A stretch of 64,000 nt of DNA from Escherichia phage PECP20. The position numbers and the translations under genes were made by a program. Shown here piece by piece: positions 29,046 through 38,845 of the stretch (within the stretch, counting starts at the first letter, position 1; every line of letters begins with the position of its first letter). The notes below the pieces were generated by a model that was not told the DNA's origin, ran no database searches, and worked only from the letters and a program-made list of their open reading frames with translations. Location of the stretch: the sequence record OQ873415.1; one strand, given 5' to 3'.

Positions 29046-29456
29046 CTACTTTTTCTTATGTTGGATATTCCAAGGCGGGTTGAACTTTTTGATAAAAAGT
29101 GGTTCTTCAAGGTCCATTGTTGCAATGGTCATTGAACCAAGTTCGTTAGTGACTGAAAGGTCAAAACATTGGCGGGCCCAGAATTCAACCTTTTTGCCTT
29201 GCATTAAGGCATCCAAAATCATAAGTGATTTTCTTGAATCTGAAGTCTGGTCTTTTCGATTTATGGCTGTTCGATAATAGTTAATGCGTTTCTTTAAATT
29301 CTTGGTTTTACCAATATACACAAGTTCGTCATCTATAGCAATAGCGTATATGACATTTTTCTTATTAGGGGCATCAATGGTTTTAATTGTTGCATCTTCT
29401 AATAGCTCCAATTCTATATATTTAATAAAGGAATATTCGGCGGCAATATCTTTCAT
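29046..29456 (-). CDS. denA: endonuclease II (GIY-YIG)
   Basis: 136 aa; MKDIAAEYSFIKY...NVIYAIAIDDELVYIGKTKNLKKRINYYR...PPWNIQHKKK, T4 DenA-like. Confidence 0.92.
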   Translation of the reverse strand: MKDIAAEYSFIKYIELELLEDATIKTIDAPNKKNVIYAIAIDDELVYIGKTKNLKKRINYYRTAINRKDQTSDSRKSLMILDALMQGKKVEFWARQCFDLSVTNELGSMTIATMDLEEPLFIKKFNPPWNIQHKKK

Positions 29457-29482
29457 AATAAAGTGGGACCGAAGTCCCGTCC

Positions 29483-30661
29483 TTAGAAATATTTTTTGTA
29501 TGAATTGATTACATTTTGGTCTACATCATTATCAATTTGTGCAACAAGATAAGAACTGATTTCAACTTCCTGAGGAGCTGCTTGAACTAAATCAGAGTTC
29601 AGATATTCACGAATCCAAGGATACGGATGCTTGGTCGGAGCGTCAGTGATTGGGCATGGCAAACCGCACTGTTTCATACGAGACACAGTCAAGTAATCAA
29701 CAAAAGCACACATACTCTGAGTATTGATACCTGGACATGTACCATCTTTAAAAAGGTGTGCAGCCCATTCCTTCTCTTGACTATTTACTTCCATAAAAAT
29801 GTCAACTGCTTCTTGTTCACATTCTTTAGCAATTTGAACCCACTCATCACCGTCAGTACCAGATTGAAGTTGACGGATAATGTACTGAGTACCCTTGAGA
29901 TGGAGTTGTTCGTCACGAGCAATGAACTTCATAATCTTTGCATTGCCTTCCATAATTTCCATATTTTTATGGAAGTTGAAAGTACATGCAAATGATACGT
30001 AAAAACGAATAGCTTCTAAGGCGTTGATAACATGCAAACAGAGATAAAGAGACTTCATTAGGTCATGTTTACATTCTTCAATGTGCATAAGACTATTTGA
30101 ATATGCATCTAAATCATATTCATTTTCGGAAAAACACTTAAAAATTTCTTTAGCATTTTCCCATTCACGGGTTTTAATCAAAACGTCATCATAATAACGT
30201 CCAATGGATTCAGCGCGTTTCATAATAGCTTCATCTAATACAATTTCATCAAATACCTTCGATGGATCAGTATAAAGATTTCGCATAATATGAGTATACG
30301 AACGAGAGTGAATAGTTTCACTGAATGTCCATGTTGCGACCCATGTATCTAATGAAGGGTCAGAAATCAGTGCCATAAGTACCGCAGATGGGGCCCTGCC
30401 TTGGATAGAATCTAATAATGATTGATACTTAAGATTGTTTGTAAAGATGTCCTGTTGGAACTGAGGAAGCTTATTGAACTGCGCAGAGTCCAACATCAAG
30501 TTTACCTCTTCTGGACGCCAGAAAAATGACAAGGATTTTTCTATAAGTTCTTCGAAAACTTTATGACGCTGAATATCATACCGTGCGAGGCCAAGACCAG
30601 AACCAAAGAACATCGGTTCATTCAAAACATCGACTTGTTGCGTGTTAAAAACTGTACTCAT
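29483..30661 (-). CDS. nrdB: ribonucleotide reductase beta subunit (intronless)
   Basis: 392 aa, class Ia R2 with di-iron ligand context; continuous ORF with no intron. Confidence 0.93.
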   Translation of the reverse strand: MSTVFNTQQVDVLNEPMFFGSGLGLARYDIQRHKVFEELIEKSLSFFWRPEEVNLMLDSAQFNKLPQFQQDIFTNNLKYQSLLDSIQGRAPSAVLMALISDPSLDTWVATWTFSETIHSRSYTHIMRNLYTDPSKVFDEIVLDEAIMKRAESIGRYYDDVLIKTREWENAKEIFKCFSENEYDLDAYSNSLMHIEECKHDLMKSLYLCLHVINALEAIRFYVSFACTFNFHKNMEIMEGNAKIMKFIARDEQLHLKGTQYIIRQLQSGTDGDEWVQIAKECEQEAVDIFMEVNSQEKEWAAHLFKDGTCPGINTQSMCAFVDYLTVSRMKQCGLPCPITDAPTKHPYPWIREYLNSDLVQAAPQEVEISSYLVAQIDNDVDQNVINSYKKYF

Positions 30662-30716
30662 TATATTTTCTCACTTAGTTATTAACTCATCCATGAGTAA
30701 ATTATAATCAAAAGTC

Positions 30717-32972
30717 TTAAAGCTTACAAGCAGAACAATCTTCAGCTTTAGGTGTTTCTAATTCATAGTCATCTGTACCTGACCCATCACGAGTGTTATG
30801 ATAGTAGAGGTTTTTTCCGCCAAAGTACCAGAAGTAAAGCAGATCGTCAAGCATTACTGACATTGGCACTTTACCTTTCTCAAATACTGCAGGGTCATAG
30901 TAAGTATTAGCAGAAGCAGATTGGCACACCCATTTCAACATGATAGCAACTTGGGTCAAATAAGGTTTATTACCTTTCTTAGCAAGTTTCCACGCATAGT
31001 CATAAAGACCCATGTTGTGTTCAATATTAGGAACTACTTGACGGAAATTACCTTCTTTAGATTCTTTAATACTTACTGGGCCACGAGGTGGTTCAATACC
31101 GTTTGTGCTATTTGAGACCTGGCTGCTTGATTCGCATGGCATGAGTGCAGACAACGTTGAGTTACGAATTCCGTGTTCTTTGAGTTCAGCTCGAAGTTCT
31201 TTCCAGTCGCAGACGTAGTTCGGGGCTGCGATTTGGTCAATCTTTTTATTGTACCAGTCGATAGGTAATTCGCCTCGAGACCATTTAGTGTCTGAATAAT
31301 ACTCGCAAGGTCCTTTTTCTTTGGCGAGTTTGATTGAAGCTTTGATAAGGCCATATTGCAATCTCTCAAACAATTCATGAGTCAAATCGTTAGCGTCTTC
31401 ATATGAAGCAAAGTTAGAAGATAACCATGCAGCATAGTTCGTCACACCAACACCGAGATTTCGACGCTTTTTGGCTTTTAAAGCTTCTGGAACCGGATAG
31501 TCTTGATAGTCTAACAGGTTATCAAGTGCACGTACTTGTACTTCAGCAAGTTCATTAATTTTATCTTGGTCTTGCCAATCAAATTTATCTAATACAAAAG
31601 CAGATAACGTGCATAAACCAATTTCAGCATCAGGGCCATTCACATCATTAGTTGGAATAGCGATTTCACAACATAAGTTACTCTGACGAATTGGAGCTTT
31701 TTCACGAATAAATGGAGTGTAGTTATTCGTGTTATCAACAAACTGTGGATAAATTCGAGCAGTACCAGAACGTTCAGTCATGAACAATTCAAAGAGTTCT
31801 AGTGCTTTGATTCTTTTCTTTCTGATTGTTGGGTCTTTTTCAGCTTTCTCATAAAGCTCACGGAATTTATCTTGATCTTCAAAGAACGAGTAATATAGTT
31901 CGCCTGACATTTCGTGAGGGCTAAATAAAGTAATATAATCATTTTTGCCAAGGCGTTCCATCATGAGGTCATTAATCTGAATTCCATAGTCCATATGTCG
32001 AATACGGTTTTCATCCACGCCTTTGTTATTTTTCAGAACTAATAGGTTCTCTACTTCTAAGTGCCACATCGGATAATACGCTGTAGCAGCACCACCACGA
32101 ATACCACCTTGAGAACAAGATTTTACTGCAGTTTGGAAATGTTTCCAGAATGGAATAACACCCGTATGTCGAACTTCACCCATACCGATCTTAGAACCTT
32201 CTGCACGAAGCATACCAACGTTGATACCGATACCAGCTCGTTTAGAAATATATTCAATAATTGATGCTGAAGTTTTGTTAATAGATTTTAACGAATCACC
32301 AGCTTCAATAACTACACAACTAGAGAACTGGCGAGTTGGAGTACGAGCACCTGCCATAATTGGAGTAGGCAACGAAACTTGATGAGTAGAAACGGCATCA
32401 TAAAAACGAATAATATGTTTCAAACGGCCATGAGTTTCGTCTTGATGTAAGGCCATACCAATGGCCATGATAGCAAACTGTGGAGTTTCATAAATCTTCC
32501 CAGTTGTTTTATCTTTAACCAGGTATTTTTCTTTAAGCTGCATAGCACCAGCATAAGTCAGATCAAAATCTCGCTCATGTTTAATCCGAGAATCAAGATA
32601 AATGATTTCTTCTGCAGAATATCTAGACAACAACTCAGGATCATATTTGCCTTCATTAACACAATACGAGATATGGTCGATAAAAGCAGGAGGTTCAAAC
32701 TGACCATACACATCTTTACGAAGTGCAAACATTAATCCTTTAGCGGCAACATATTGATAATCAGGTTCTTCGACAGAAATCGAGTTAGCTGCAACTTTAA
32801 TACAAATCTTCTGGATATCTTTGGTGCTCATCCCATCAACCAGATGAGTCTTAATTTCTTCATACAATTCGTATGGGTCGATTTGTGTTCCTTCACACTG
32901 CCAAGTTAAGACTTGAATAATTTTCTGTGCATCAAAATTTTGGGATACCCCACTGCTCTTAGTTACTTGCAT
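30717..32972 (-). CDS. nrdA: ribonucleotide reductase alpha subunit
   Basis: 751 aa; class Ia R1 with C-terminal CSACKL-type tail. Confidence 0.95.
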   Translation of the reverse strand: MQVTKSSGVSQNFDAQKIIQVLTWQCEGTQIDPYELYEEIKTHLVDGMSTKDIQKICIKVAANSISVEEPDYQYVAAKGLMFALRKDVYGQFEPPAFIDHISYCVNEGKYDPELLSRYSAEEIIYLDSRIKHERDFDLTYAGAMQLKEKYLVKDKTTGKIYETPQFAIMAIGMALHQDETHGRLKHIIRFYDAVSTHQVSLPTPIMAGARTPTRQFSSCVVIEAGDSLKSINKTSASIIEYISKRAGIGINVGMLRAEGSKIGMGEVRHTGVIPFWKHFQTAVKSCSQGGIRGGAATAYYPMWHLEVENLLVLKNNKGVDENRIRHMDYGIQINDLMMERLGKNDYITLFSPHEMSGELYYSFFEDQDKFRELYEKAEKDPTIRKKRIKALELFELFMTERSGTARIYPQFVDNTNNYTPFIREKAPIRQSNLCCEIAIPTNDVNGPDAEIGLCTLSAFVLDKFDWQDQDKINELAEVQVRALDNLLDYQDYPVPEALKAKKRRNLGVGVTNYAAWLSSNFASYEDANDLTHELFERLQYGLIKASIKLAKEKGPCEYYSDTKWSRGELPIDWYNKKIDQIAAPNYVCDWKELRAELKEHGIRNSTLSALMPCESSSQVSNSTNGIEPPRGPVSIKESKEGNFRQVVPNIEHNMGLYDYAWKLAKKGNKPYLTQVAIMLKWVCQSASANTYYDPAVFEKGKVPMSVMLDDLLYFWYFGGKNLYYHNTRDGSGTDDYELETPKAEDCSACKL

Positions 32973-33007
32973 ATATTCCTCAGTATAGGTTGATAGACAT
33001 TACTCCA

Positions 33008-33059
33008 AACGGGATAGTATTTATCCCGTTAATTTATTATACACTTTTAAACTGAAGCG
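33008..33059 (-). promoter_or_regulatory. probable middle promoter plus 5' leader hairpin for nrdA
   Basis: Minus strand CGCTTCA (MotA-box-like, plus 33053-33059), 11 nt, TATAAT (plus 33036-33041), then 9-bp stem AACGGGATA/TATCCCGTT (33008-33030) before SD GAGGAA. Confidence 0.45.
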
Positions 33060-33062
33060 TTA

Positions 33063-33314
33063 ATTATTCTTAGCAATAATTTCTTTGTATTCTTTAGGTG
33101 TCAAGACTGTGATATTGAAATAAACCAACGGTTCTTTTTCCATACCGTAACCACCACAAAATTCACGATATTCATAAATTCGTTCGTGTGAATGACAAAT
33201 GAATCGTTCACCTTTAACTGTGATTTCACTATTCGGTGAAGGGATATCCAGTTCACTTGGATTTTTCATTTCAAAAATTGTGGTGCCATATGAATTAATA
33301 AAACGTAAAATCAT
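33063..33314 (-). CDS. hypothetical protein (84 aa), nrdA.1 position
   Basis: ATG at 33314 one nt after the td stop; the track ORF extension overlaps td. Confidence 0.5.
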
Positions 33315-33315
33315 T

Positions 33316-34176
33316 TTATACCGCCATTTTAGCTTTGATAGCTGGATGTGATTCGTAATTTTTAAGAATGAAATCACTCGGATTCATATGCTCTGTTACC
33401 CAATGAAGCTGTAATGTCGTGCTCCAATCAGAGAATCCTTCAGGCCAATCAATTTTAAGTTCACACAGTTCTTTAGGCTCACGACGAAGAACTTCTTTGC
33501 ATTGCTCAACATGGTTGCTGTAGATATGCGTGTTGCCGCCTGAGAACACTAAATCACCTGGGATAAGATTACACATCTTAGCCACAATATGCGTCAAGGC
33601 AGCGTACGAGGCAATGTTGAACGGCAGGCCCAAGAAAACATCTACACTGCGTTGATACCATTGTAAATCAAGATGTCCATTACGCACATTAAATTGATAG
33701 AACATATGACAAGGAGGAAGAGCCATTTGGTCAATTTCGGCAGGGTTCCAGGCAGAAACAATTTGACGACGATCAGTTGGTAATTTTTTAATACGGTCGA
33801 TTGTTTCAACTAATTGGTCCACACCACCGAAATCACGCCATTGTTTACCATATATAGGACCAAGTTCACCACTATGATAACCAAGGTCTTTTGCCTGATT
33901 TTCGTAATTATCGTCCCAAATAGTTTTACCTTCAATTAGACTACCATGAGTACGAAGACGTAATTCATTAACATTAGTAGAACCGGACATGAACCACAGT
34001 AACTCGGCAATACAAGCTTTCCATGCTAATTTCTTAGTTGTTACTGCAGGGAATCCTTTAGTCAGGTCCCAACGTAATTTAGTTCCGAACAGGGCAATTG
34101 TTCCTGTGCCTGTACGGTCGTCTGTTTCGTAGCCATTTTCTAGGATATCATTAATCAGGTATTGGTATTGTTTCAT
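33316..34176 (-). CDS. td: thymidylate synthase (intronless)
   Basis: 286 aa continuous ORF with ThyA core motifs (LPPCHMFYQF, active-site Cys context). Confidence 0.95.
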   Translation of the reverse strand: MKQYQYLINDILENGYETDDRTGTGTIALFGTKLRWDLTKGFPAVTTKKLAWKACIAELLWFMSGSTNVNELRLRTHGSLIEGKTIWDDNYENQAKDLGYHSGELGPIYGKQWRDFGGVDQLVETIDRIKKLPTDRRQIVSAWNPAEIDQMALPPCHMFYQFNVRNGHLDLQWYQRSVDVFLGLPFNIASYAALTHIVAKMCNLIPGDLVFSGGNTHIYSNHVEQCKEVLRREPKELCELKIDWPEGFSDWSTTLQLHWVTEHMNPSDFILKNYESHPAIKAKMAV

Positions 34177-34760
34177 TTATATACGCTCTCAGTAATTTCG
34201 GTGAGTTCATCGATTCTGTAGTAATGAGATTCTACCATAGAACGTTGAAGCATAATATCTTGGATGAAATCTTTATCAAGTTGAACATCGGAATTAACAC
34301 GACATTTCTTAATGATTTTAGTCATCACAATTTCATCGGCATAAGGCAGTGCTTGTTTTAATAAGGCAGGACCGCCGATAACAGATACATCAACATGTTC
34401 AGTAGAAAGTTTAAACGGTACGTCTGTTGAAGGGCTGAACAAGTTAATTTCACTACCAGTCACCAGGGTAATAAATTCTGCTTGGGTGATATAGAACCGT
34501 GCAAGTTCATCAGTTTTAGTCCTAGGCAGTTTTCTGGCCATATCAGTGACAACCACATGAGTACGATCTGGTAGTAGACGAGGTAATGATGCAAAAGTCT
34601 TAGCACCCATAACCAATACAGTGTTTTTAGTGCGAGCAACAAAGTTACTCATATCTTGTTTGATATGCTTCCATGGAAGTCCATCACCTAATCCAAAAGC
34701 ATATTCCAGTTTATCATCAACTGTTTTAGATGGTGCGCATGCGAATACTAATTTAAGCAT
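34173..34760 (-). CDS. frd: dihydrofolate reductase
   Basis: 195 aa; MLKLVFACAPSKTVD...FGLGDGLPW...VMGAKTF, T4 Frd-like; ATGA overlap with td. Confidence 0.93.
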   Translation of the reverse strand: MLKLVFACAPSKTVDDKLEYAFGLGDGLPWKHIKQDMSNFVARTKNTVLVMGAKTFASLPRLLPDRTHVVVTDMARKLPRTKTDELARFYITQAEFITLVTGSEINLFSPSTDVPFKLSTEHVDVSVIGGPALLKQALPYADEIVMTKIIKKCRVNSDVQLDKDFIQDIMLQRSMVESHYYRIDELTEITESVYK

Positions 34761-34762
34761 TT

Positions 34763-35011
34763 TTATTTCCTCAGATTTTTCTTAACAACCTTCCAATCAG
34801 CTTTGAACATTTCAACGTCAGAGTGGCAAATCCAGAATCCTGCACTTTCACCATCTTCATAGAGTGGACATCCATCACATTCTTCGTTCCAACCCATTTC
34901 ACGTAAAGCTTCTTCAGCTTGTTCAAGGAGTTCAGCGTCTTTACCGACGATGTTGAAGTACCATTTACCTCTAACTTCAGAATCTTTGATGCTCTGACGT
35001 TGCAATCTCAT
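34763..35011 (-). CDS. hypothetical protein (82 aa), frd.1 position
   Basis: ATG at 35011 with SD GGAGAA; contains a C-x2-C pair (CDGCPLYEDG); the track ORF start lies inside the promoter. Confidence 0.5.
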   Translation of the reverse strand: MRLQRQSIKDSEVRGKWYFNIVGKDAELLEQAEEALREMGWNEECDGCPLYEDGESAGFWICHSDVEMFKADWKVVKKNLRK

Positions 35012-35073
35012 TTTATTCTCCTTCACTTTTGATTTGATAGGGCTACTATAACATAACCCTATCTGATTGTACA

Positions 35074-35466
35074 CTACTTTTTAAAAGTTTTTTGCAAAAG
35101 TTCGATGATTTCGTCGACGTTGGTTTCATCTACGATACAATGGATTTTTGTTACACCTAAAGTTATACCTTCGTTAGTAGTTTGAGGCTTTACTAAATCT
35201 ACCTCAGTAAAGTATTTGAACTCGTCAGGATAAATCTCAAAATAAGTTCCAATTTCACCACCGGCAGAACATACAGTACCATCTTCCATAGTTACACTTA
35301 CTACGTTTGGCGTATCGCTATCATAATCAGGTTCCATTCCGTTTACAACAAAACTAGGCCCATGGAGTTCAATCAATTTTAACATCTTAGCGTTATTATG
35401 TGGTGCTTCTTGAACAAAGTCGTCTTTAAATAAAGGGTTAATGATATAAGATTTTCCGATTTCCAT
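35074..35466 (-). CDS. hypothetical acidic protein (130 aa), frd.2 position
   Basis: ORF with SD GAGGAAA downstream of an early promoter cassette. Confidence 0.55.
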   Translation of the reverse strand: MEIGKSYIINPLFKDDFVQEAPHNNAKMLKLIELHGPSFVVNGMEPDYDSDTPNVVSVTMEDGTVCSAGGEIGTYFEIYPDEFKYFTEVDLVKPQTTNEGITLGVTKIHCIVDETNVDEIIELLQKTFKK

Positions 35467-35492
35467 TTTGATTTCCTCATGTTGTTGATAGG

Positions 35493-35524
35493 TCTATACT
35501 AACACATCCATGGAAGAAGTAAAC
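35493..35524 (-). promoter_or_regulatory. early promoter cassette
   Basis: Minus strand GTTTAC (plus 35519-35524), about 19 nt, TATAGA, then CAACAACATGAGGAAA block; same cassette family as 13400-13429 and 27835-27864. Confidence 0.4.
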
Positions 35525-35550
35525 AACTTTTTCGGCAATTTACAGATACT

Positions 35551-35573
35551 CAAAAGGGAGACCGAAGTCTCCC
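35551..35573 (-). terminator. rho-independent terminator downstream of gene 32
   Basis: Minus strand GGGAGACTTCGGTCTCCC then TTTTG, 6 nt after the gene 32 stop. Confidence 0.7.
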
Positions 35574-35579
35574 GATTTA

Positions 35580-36482
35580 TTATAGACCAGCTAACAGGTC
35601 ATCGAGGTCGCCATCATCAGAGGATGAGGTAGAGCTCATGAAGTCATCTTCAGTTTTTGCAGAACTAAAGGCTTCCATGTCTTTATCAAAATCGTCAAGG
35701 TCAGAAGCAACTTTATCTGCAACAGAAGCTGCTGCGGCTGCTGCACCACCAAGAGCGGCAGTACCAAGAACCTTAGCGAAAGATTCATTTAATTTTTCAA
35801 AGGATTTGAACTGGTCTTTAGCCGTCAAAGTAGTAAGGTCTACCATCTGGTCATATAGTTCTTTCTGGAATGCTTCGTCATTAATACGAGGAATTTCAGA
35901 TTGACCCAAGAATTTAGATTCGTCGTAGTTGCTAAAACCAGAAACCTGCTTAGCTTTCAGAACGAAGTTAGCACCTTCAAACGGACAAGTAACATCAACT
36001 GGAGTTTCACCCATTTCGGTATCAACTGCAATCATTGCATTGATTTTGTCCCAAATCTTTTTACCGAAACGATATTTAAATACTTTACCTTCGTTATCTG
36101 GAGCTTGAGGGTCTTTAACAACCAGAATATTAGCCCAATAAGAAGTTTTACGTTTCAGTTGAGAATATTCAGTTTTGTTGGTATTGTACAGGTCATTTTT
36201 ACTAATGTACTGACATACAGGACAAGAGTCGTAATCACCATGTGTAGAAGAGCAATTTTCAATATACCATTTACCATTTTTCTTGAAACCGTGGTTAACA
36301 AGAATTGCAAATGGTAGTGCATCATCAGTTTTTGCTGGCAAGAAACGAATTACCGCTTGACCATTACCTGATGCATCTAGCTTCAGCTTCCATTCGCCTT
36401 TATCTTCTGAAGAGAAACCTTTGTTACCGTTCAGTTTAGCCATTTGAGCAGCGAGGTCAGCAGTAGATTTACGTTTAAACAT
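35580..36482 (-). CDS. 32: gp32 single-stranded DNA-binding protein
   Basis: 300 aa; [36 protein letters not shown]... and acidic C-terminal tail [22 protein letters not shown], near-identical to remembered T4 gp32. Confidence 0.97.
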   Translation of the reverse strand: MFKRKSTADLAAQMAKLNGNKGFSSEDKGEWKLKLDASGNGQAVIRFLPAKTDDALPFAILVNHGFKKNGKWYIENCSSTHGDYDSCPVCQYISKNDLYNTNKTEYSQLKRKTSYWANILVVKDPQAPDNEGKVFKYRFGKKIWDKINAMIAVDTEMGETPVDVTCPFEGANFVLKAKQVSGFSNYDESKFLGQSEIPRINDEAFQKELYDQMVDLTTLTAKDQFKSFEKLNESFAKVLGTAALGGAAAAAASVADKVASDLDDFDKDMEAFSSAKTEDDFMSSTSSSDDGDLDDLLAGL

Positions 36483-36560
36483 TATATTTACCTTTATTTA
36501 AATTATTTAATTTATTTACAGTTGGTTGCTACGACACTTATACCTCGTAGCTGGTATGAT
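36483..36560 (-). promoter_or_regulatory. gene 32 autoregulatory translational operator (hairpin/pseudoknot plus A/U-rich tract)
   Basis: Leader reads CCAGCTACGAGGTATAAGTGTCGTAGCAACC (7-bp stem) followed by AAATAAATTAAATAATTTAAATAAAGG before the ATG, matching the known T4 gene 32 operator organisation. Confidence 0.6.
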
Positions 36561-36562
36561 TT

Positions 36563-36570
36563 ATTTATAA
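36563..36570 (-). promoter_or_regulatory. late promoter (TATAAATA) upstream of gene 32
   Basis: Plus-strand TATTTATA at 36563-36570. Confidence 0.45.
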
Positions 36571-36598
36571 AGTAATTTTAACACACAAGAAATAAAGC

Positions 36599-37252
36599 TT
36601 AATACTTACATGATTTGATTGTTTCTATGAACAATTTCTTAGCAGCATTTCCATCGATTTGAAGTATTTTTCGATATGCCTTTAATTTGGTAGAATAATT
36701 TTGCCAGACTAAATTGTCGGTGAGTTCGTCGTGCTTATCTATAATATTCAAGAATGAATCCAACAACAAGAAGGTTTCAAATGAAATTATATTGCTTTGT
36801 AGCAATTTAAATATGTAGCTCGACTGAACTTTATTATTATAATCAAATATCTCTTGAAGCGCACTAACTTCCACTTTCTTACTGAAATAGTAGATGTTAC
36901 GTACATCTTCAGCAAACGTCTCCTTGGCTTGTTTGAGACGTCCAATATATTCCCTATAGAAAACTAATGCATCAGCGTCTGATATCTCACCAATCCACGC
37001 ATCTTGGTTAGCAACTAAGTTACTGATGAATATCAAGGTGAGTTCCTTTAACTTATATTTCTCTGCTAGTTTCTCAAAGAAATATTTATCTCGGCGTTTT
37101 TGATACGCATTATCCGAAACACGCATGCACCAGTTATATTTGATTACGTCATACCGACCATTAAAATGTTGTTTGCACATCAAGTATAGTTTGTATACCG
37201 ATTTTCCGTTAATATAACGTTCTCCGTCAGGAGGCATGCGTATTTTAATCAT
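36599..37252 (-). CDS. 59: gp59 helicase-loading protein
   Basis: 217 aa; MIKIRMPPDGERYINGKSVYKLYLMCKQHFNGRYDVIKYNWCMRVSD, T4 gp59-like and same length. Confidence 0.95.
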   Translation of the reverse strand: MIKIRMPPDGERYINGKSVYKLYLMCKQHFNGRYDVIKYNWCMRVSDNAYQKRRDKYFFEKLAEKYKLKELTLIFISNLVANQDAWIGEISDADALVFYREYIGRLKQAKETFAEDVRNIYYFSKKVEVSALQEIFDYNNKVQSSYIFKLLQSNIISFETFLLLDSFLNIIDKHDELTDNLVWQNYSTKLKAYRKILQIDGNAAKKLFIETIKSCKY

Positions 37253-37587
37253 AATAAGAAATCTAACGTATTAGTTTTTTCGCCACGAGCAACTGATGGG
37301 CGAAGCATGTTTTCGTCAATTGCTTCGCTTGTAATTTTTTCAACAATTCCTGTAGGAATAAATTTAGCAAATTGTGTTTCTGGAATAGAATTTTCTTCCA
37401 AGAAAGCAGTTGTTGCTTCTAAATAAGACATACCAAATTGTTCAACCATGGATTCGATAATGAATCCGTTTTCTTGGCGGTCAAGCAATTTAGCGATATC
37501 ATCTTTATCGTGTTTTACTGCTAATTCTTGTTCAGATAAACCGGTCTCATCAACCGGTTTAATATCACTTAGTGAAAACTGTGTCAT
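37249..37587 (-). CDS. 33: gp33 late transcription co-activator
   Basis: 112 aa at the T4 gene 33 position; ATGA overlap with gene 59. Confidence 0.85.
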   Translation of the reverse strand: MTQFSLSDIKPVDETGLSEQELAVKHDKDDIAKLLDRQENGFIIESMVEQFGMSYLEATTAFLEENSIPETQFAKFIPTGIVEKITSEAIDENMLRPSVARGEKTNTLDFLL

Positions 37588-37834
37588 AAAGCTCGACTAC
37601 CTCTTCGTTTTCAGCTTCAAATTGGTCACGAGCATCTTTATGATAAAGAGCTAACAAACGATTAAACATTTTTCCATCGACACCAAGCTCTTCTTTAGCA
37701 CGAGTACGAATGTCTTTAATCAGTTCATTATAACCAGAAATTTTAAGTTTGTTATCGGAAGCTTCCTTGACTAGTTTAGCCAGTTCTTCACCATGCACAT
37801 CTTGATTAAATTCAACTGCTTCTTTCTTAGCCAT
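37565..37834 (-). CDS. dsbA: DsbA double-stranded DNA-binding protein
   Basis: 89 aa at the T4 dsbA position, overlapping the gene 33 start. Confidence 0.8.
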   Translation of the reverse strand: MAKKEAVEFNQDVHGEELAKLVKEASDNKLKISGYNELIKDIRTRAKEELGVDGKMFNRLLALYHKDARDQFEAENEEVVELYDTVFTK

Positions 37835-37841
37835 GTTTACC

Positions 37842-38759
37842 TCAGAATTCGTTAATTACACTTGTTAATTTAGAAAGACCCGATTTTACAAAGTATGAAT
37901 AAATCTTGCCTTTAGGTTGTTGTTTATACGAGTTATAATACTCTATAATGGTTGAAGCAATATTATCAGGGATATAATCAAAATCAATGAGAACCAAATT
38001 TTCTTGATACCGTTTATATTCTTCTGCACTTAATAATACTTCAGCTTGAGAACGGTCATTGGCAATTGCTTCAATAATCGTTGTTTTCATGCTTGGAGTT
38101 CGTTCGCCTTCAACTCGAGTAAACCAGAAGTCACCACGAACTCGAACAGACGCAACACCATCTTTACGGTCGCCTTTAAGAATTTTAGTCATGCAATCAA
38201 TTTCAGCAGAACCATTCTTAATTTTAACCCATTTTTTCTGCGGTGGCGACCACTGTTTAACGTTAGGGTACTTGTGTAATTGTGTAAAGTCACCATCTGA
38301 TGCAACAATACACACCTTATGACCAGCTAATGACAAATATTTAGTTAATACACCGATATGGTCATCCGCTTCGTATTTGTCAATATCCATTACAACGTAT
38401 GGCATATATTTCTTAATCTCATCAACAACTTGATGAAGTGCAGTAAAATATCCTTCCCAATCCCACTTTGAAGCTTCACGATCGGTTTTACGATTTTTCT
38501 TATAATAGTAAGCAAAGTCACGACGCCAATATCCAGAAGTAGCGTTATCCATGCACAATACAAATTTTGTATAACCTTGCTTACGGAACATCACTACGTT
38601 TTTACGAATTGAATTCAAGACTACATGGCGAACCATCGGAACAGTAATTTTATCACCGTCTTCAAAGTTGTTTAATGCAGCTGCCAATGCAATGTTACTA
38701 AAGTCGGCAAGTGCAATACCTTCTTTGTAATCTTCATTCAACATCATTTCTAAATCCAT
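37842..38759 (-). CDS. rnh: RNase H (5'-3' exonuclease, FEN-1 family)
   Basis: 305 aa, T4 Rnh length and position; acidic active-site clusters. Confidence 0.9.
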   Translation of the reverse strand: MDLEMMLNEDYKEGIALADFSNIALAAALNNFEDGDKITVPMVRHVVLNSIRKNVVMFRKQGYTKFVLCMDNATSGYWRRDFAYYYKKNRKTDREASKWDWEGYFTALHQVVDEIKKYMPYVVMDIDKYEADDHIGVLTKYLSLAGHKVCIVASDGDFTQLHKYPNVKQWSPPQKKWVKIKNGSAEIDCMTKILKGDRKDGVASVRVRGDFWFTRVEGERTPSMKTTIIEAIANDRSQAEVLLSAEEYKRYQENLVLIDFDYIPDNIASTIIEYYNSYKQQPKGKIYSYFVKSGLSKLTSVINEF

Positions 38760-38792
38760 ATGAACCTCTTGTTCAGTTAGTCAACTTGGACT

Positions 38793-38822
38793 ATAGTAAC
38801 ATACTAGTTCGAAAGCGTAAAT
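38793..38822 (-). promoter_or_regulatory. early promoter for rnh
   Basis: Minus strand TTTACG, about 18 nt, TACTAT (plus 38793-38798). Confidence 0.4.
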
Positions 38823-38837
38823 AGTCTTTTACTCGTT

Positions 38838-38845
38838 TATAAATA
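38838..38845 (+). promoter_or_regulatory. late promoter (TATAAATA) for gene 34
   Basis: Exact TATAAATA 35 nt upstream of the gene 34 ATG. Confidence 0.6.

Noticed and set aside
33316-34176. Group I intron or homing endonuclease in td (and nrdB)
   Set aside because: Both reading frames are continuous at full expected length; no intervening sequence
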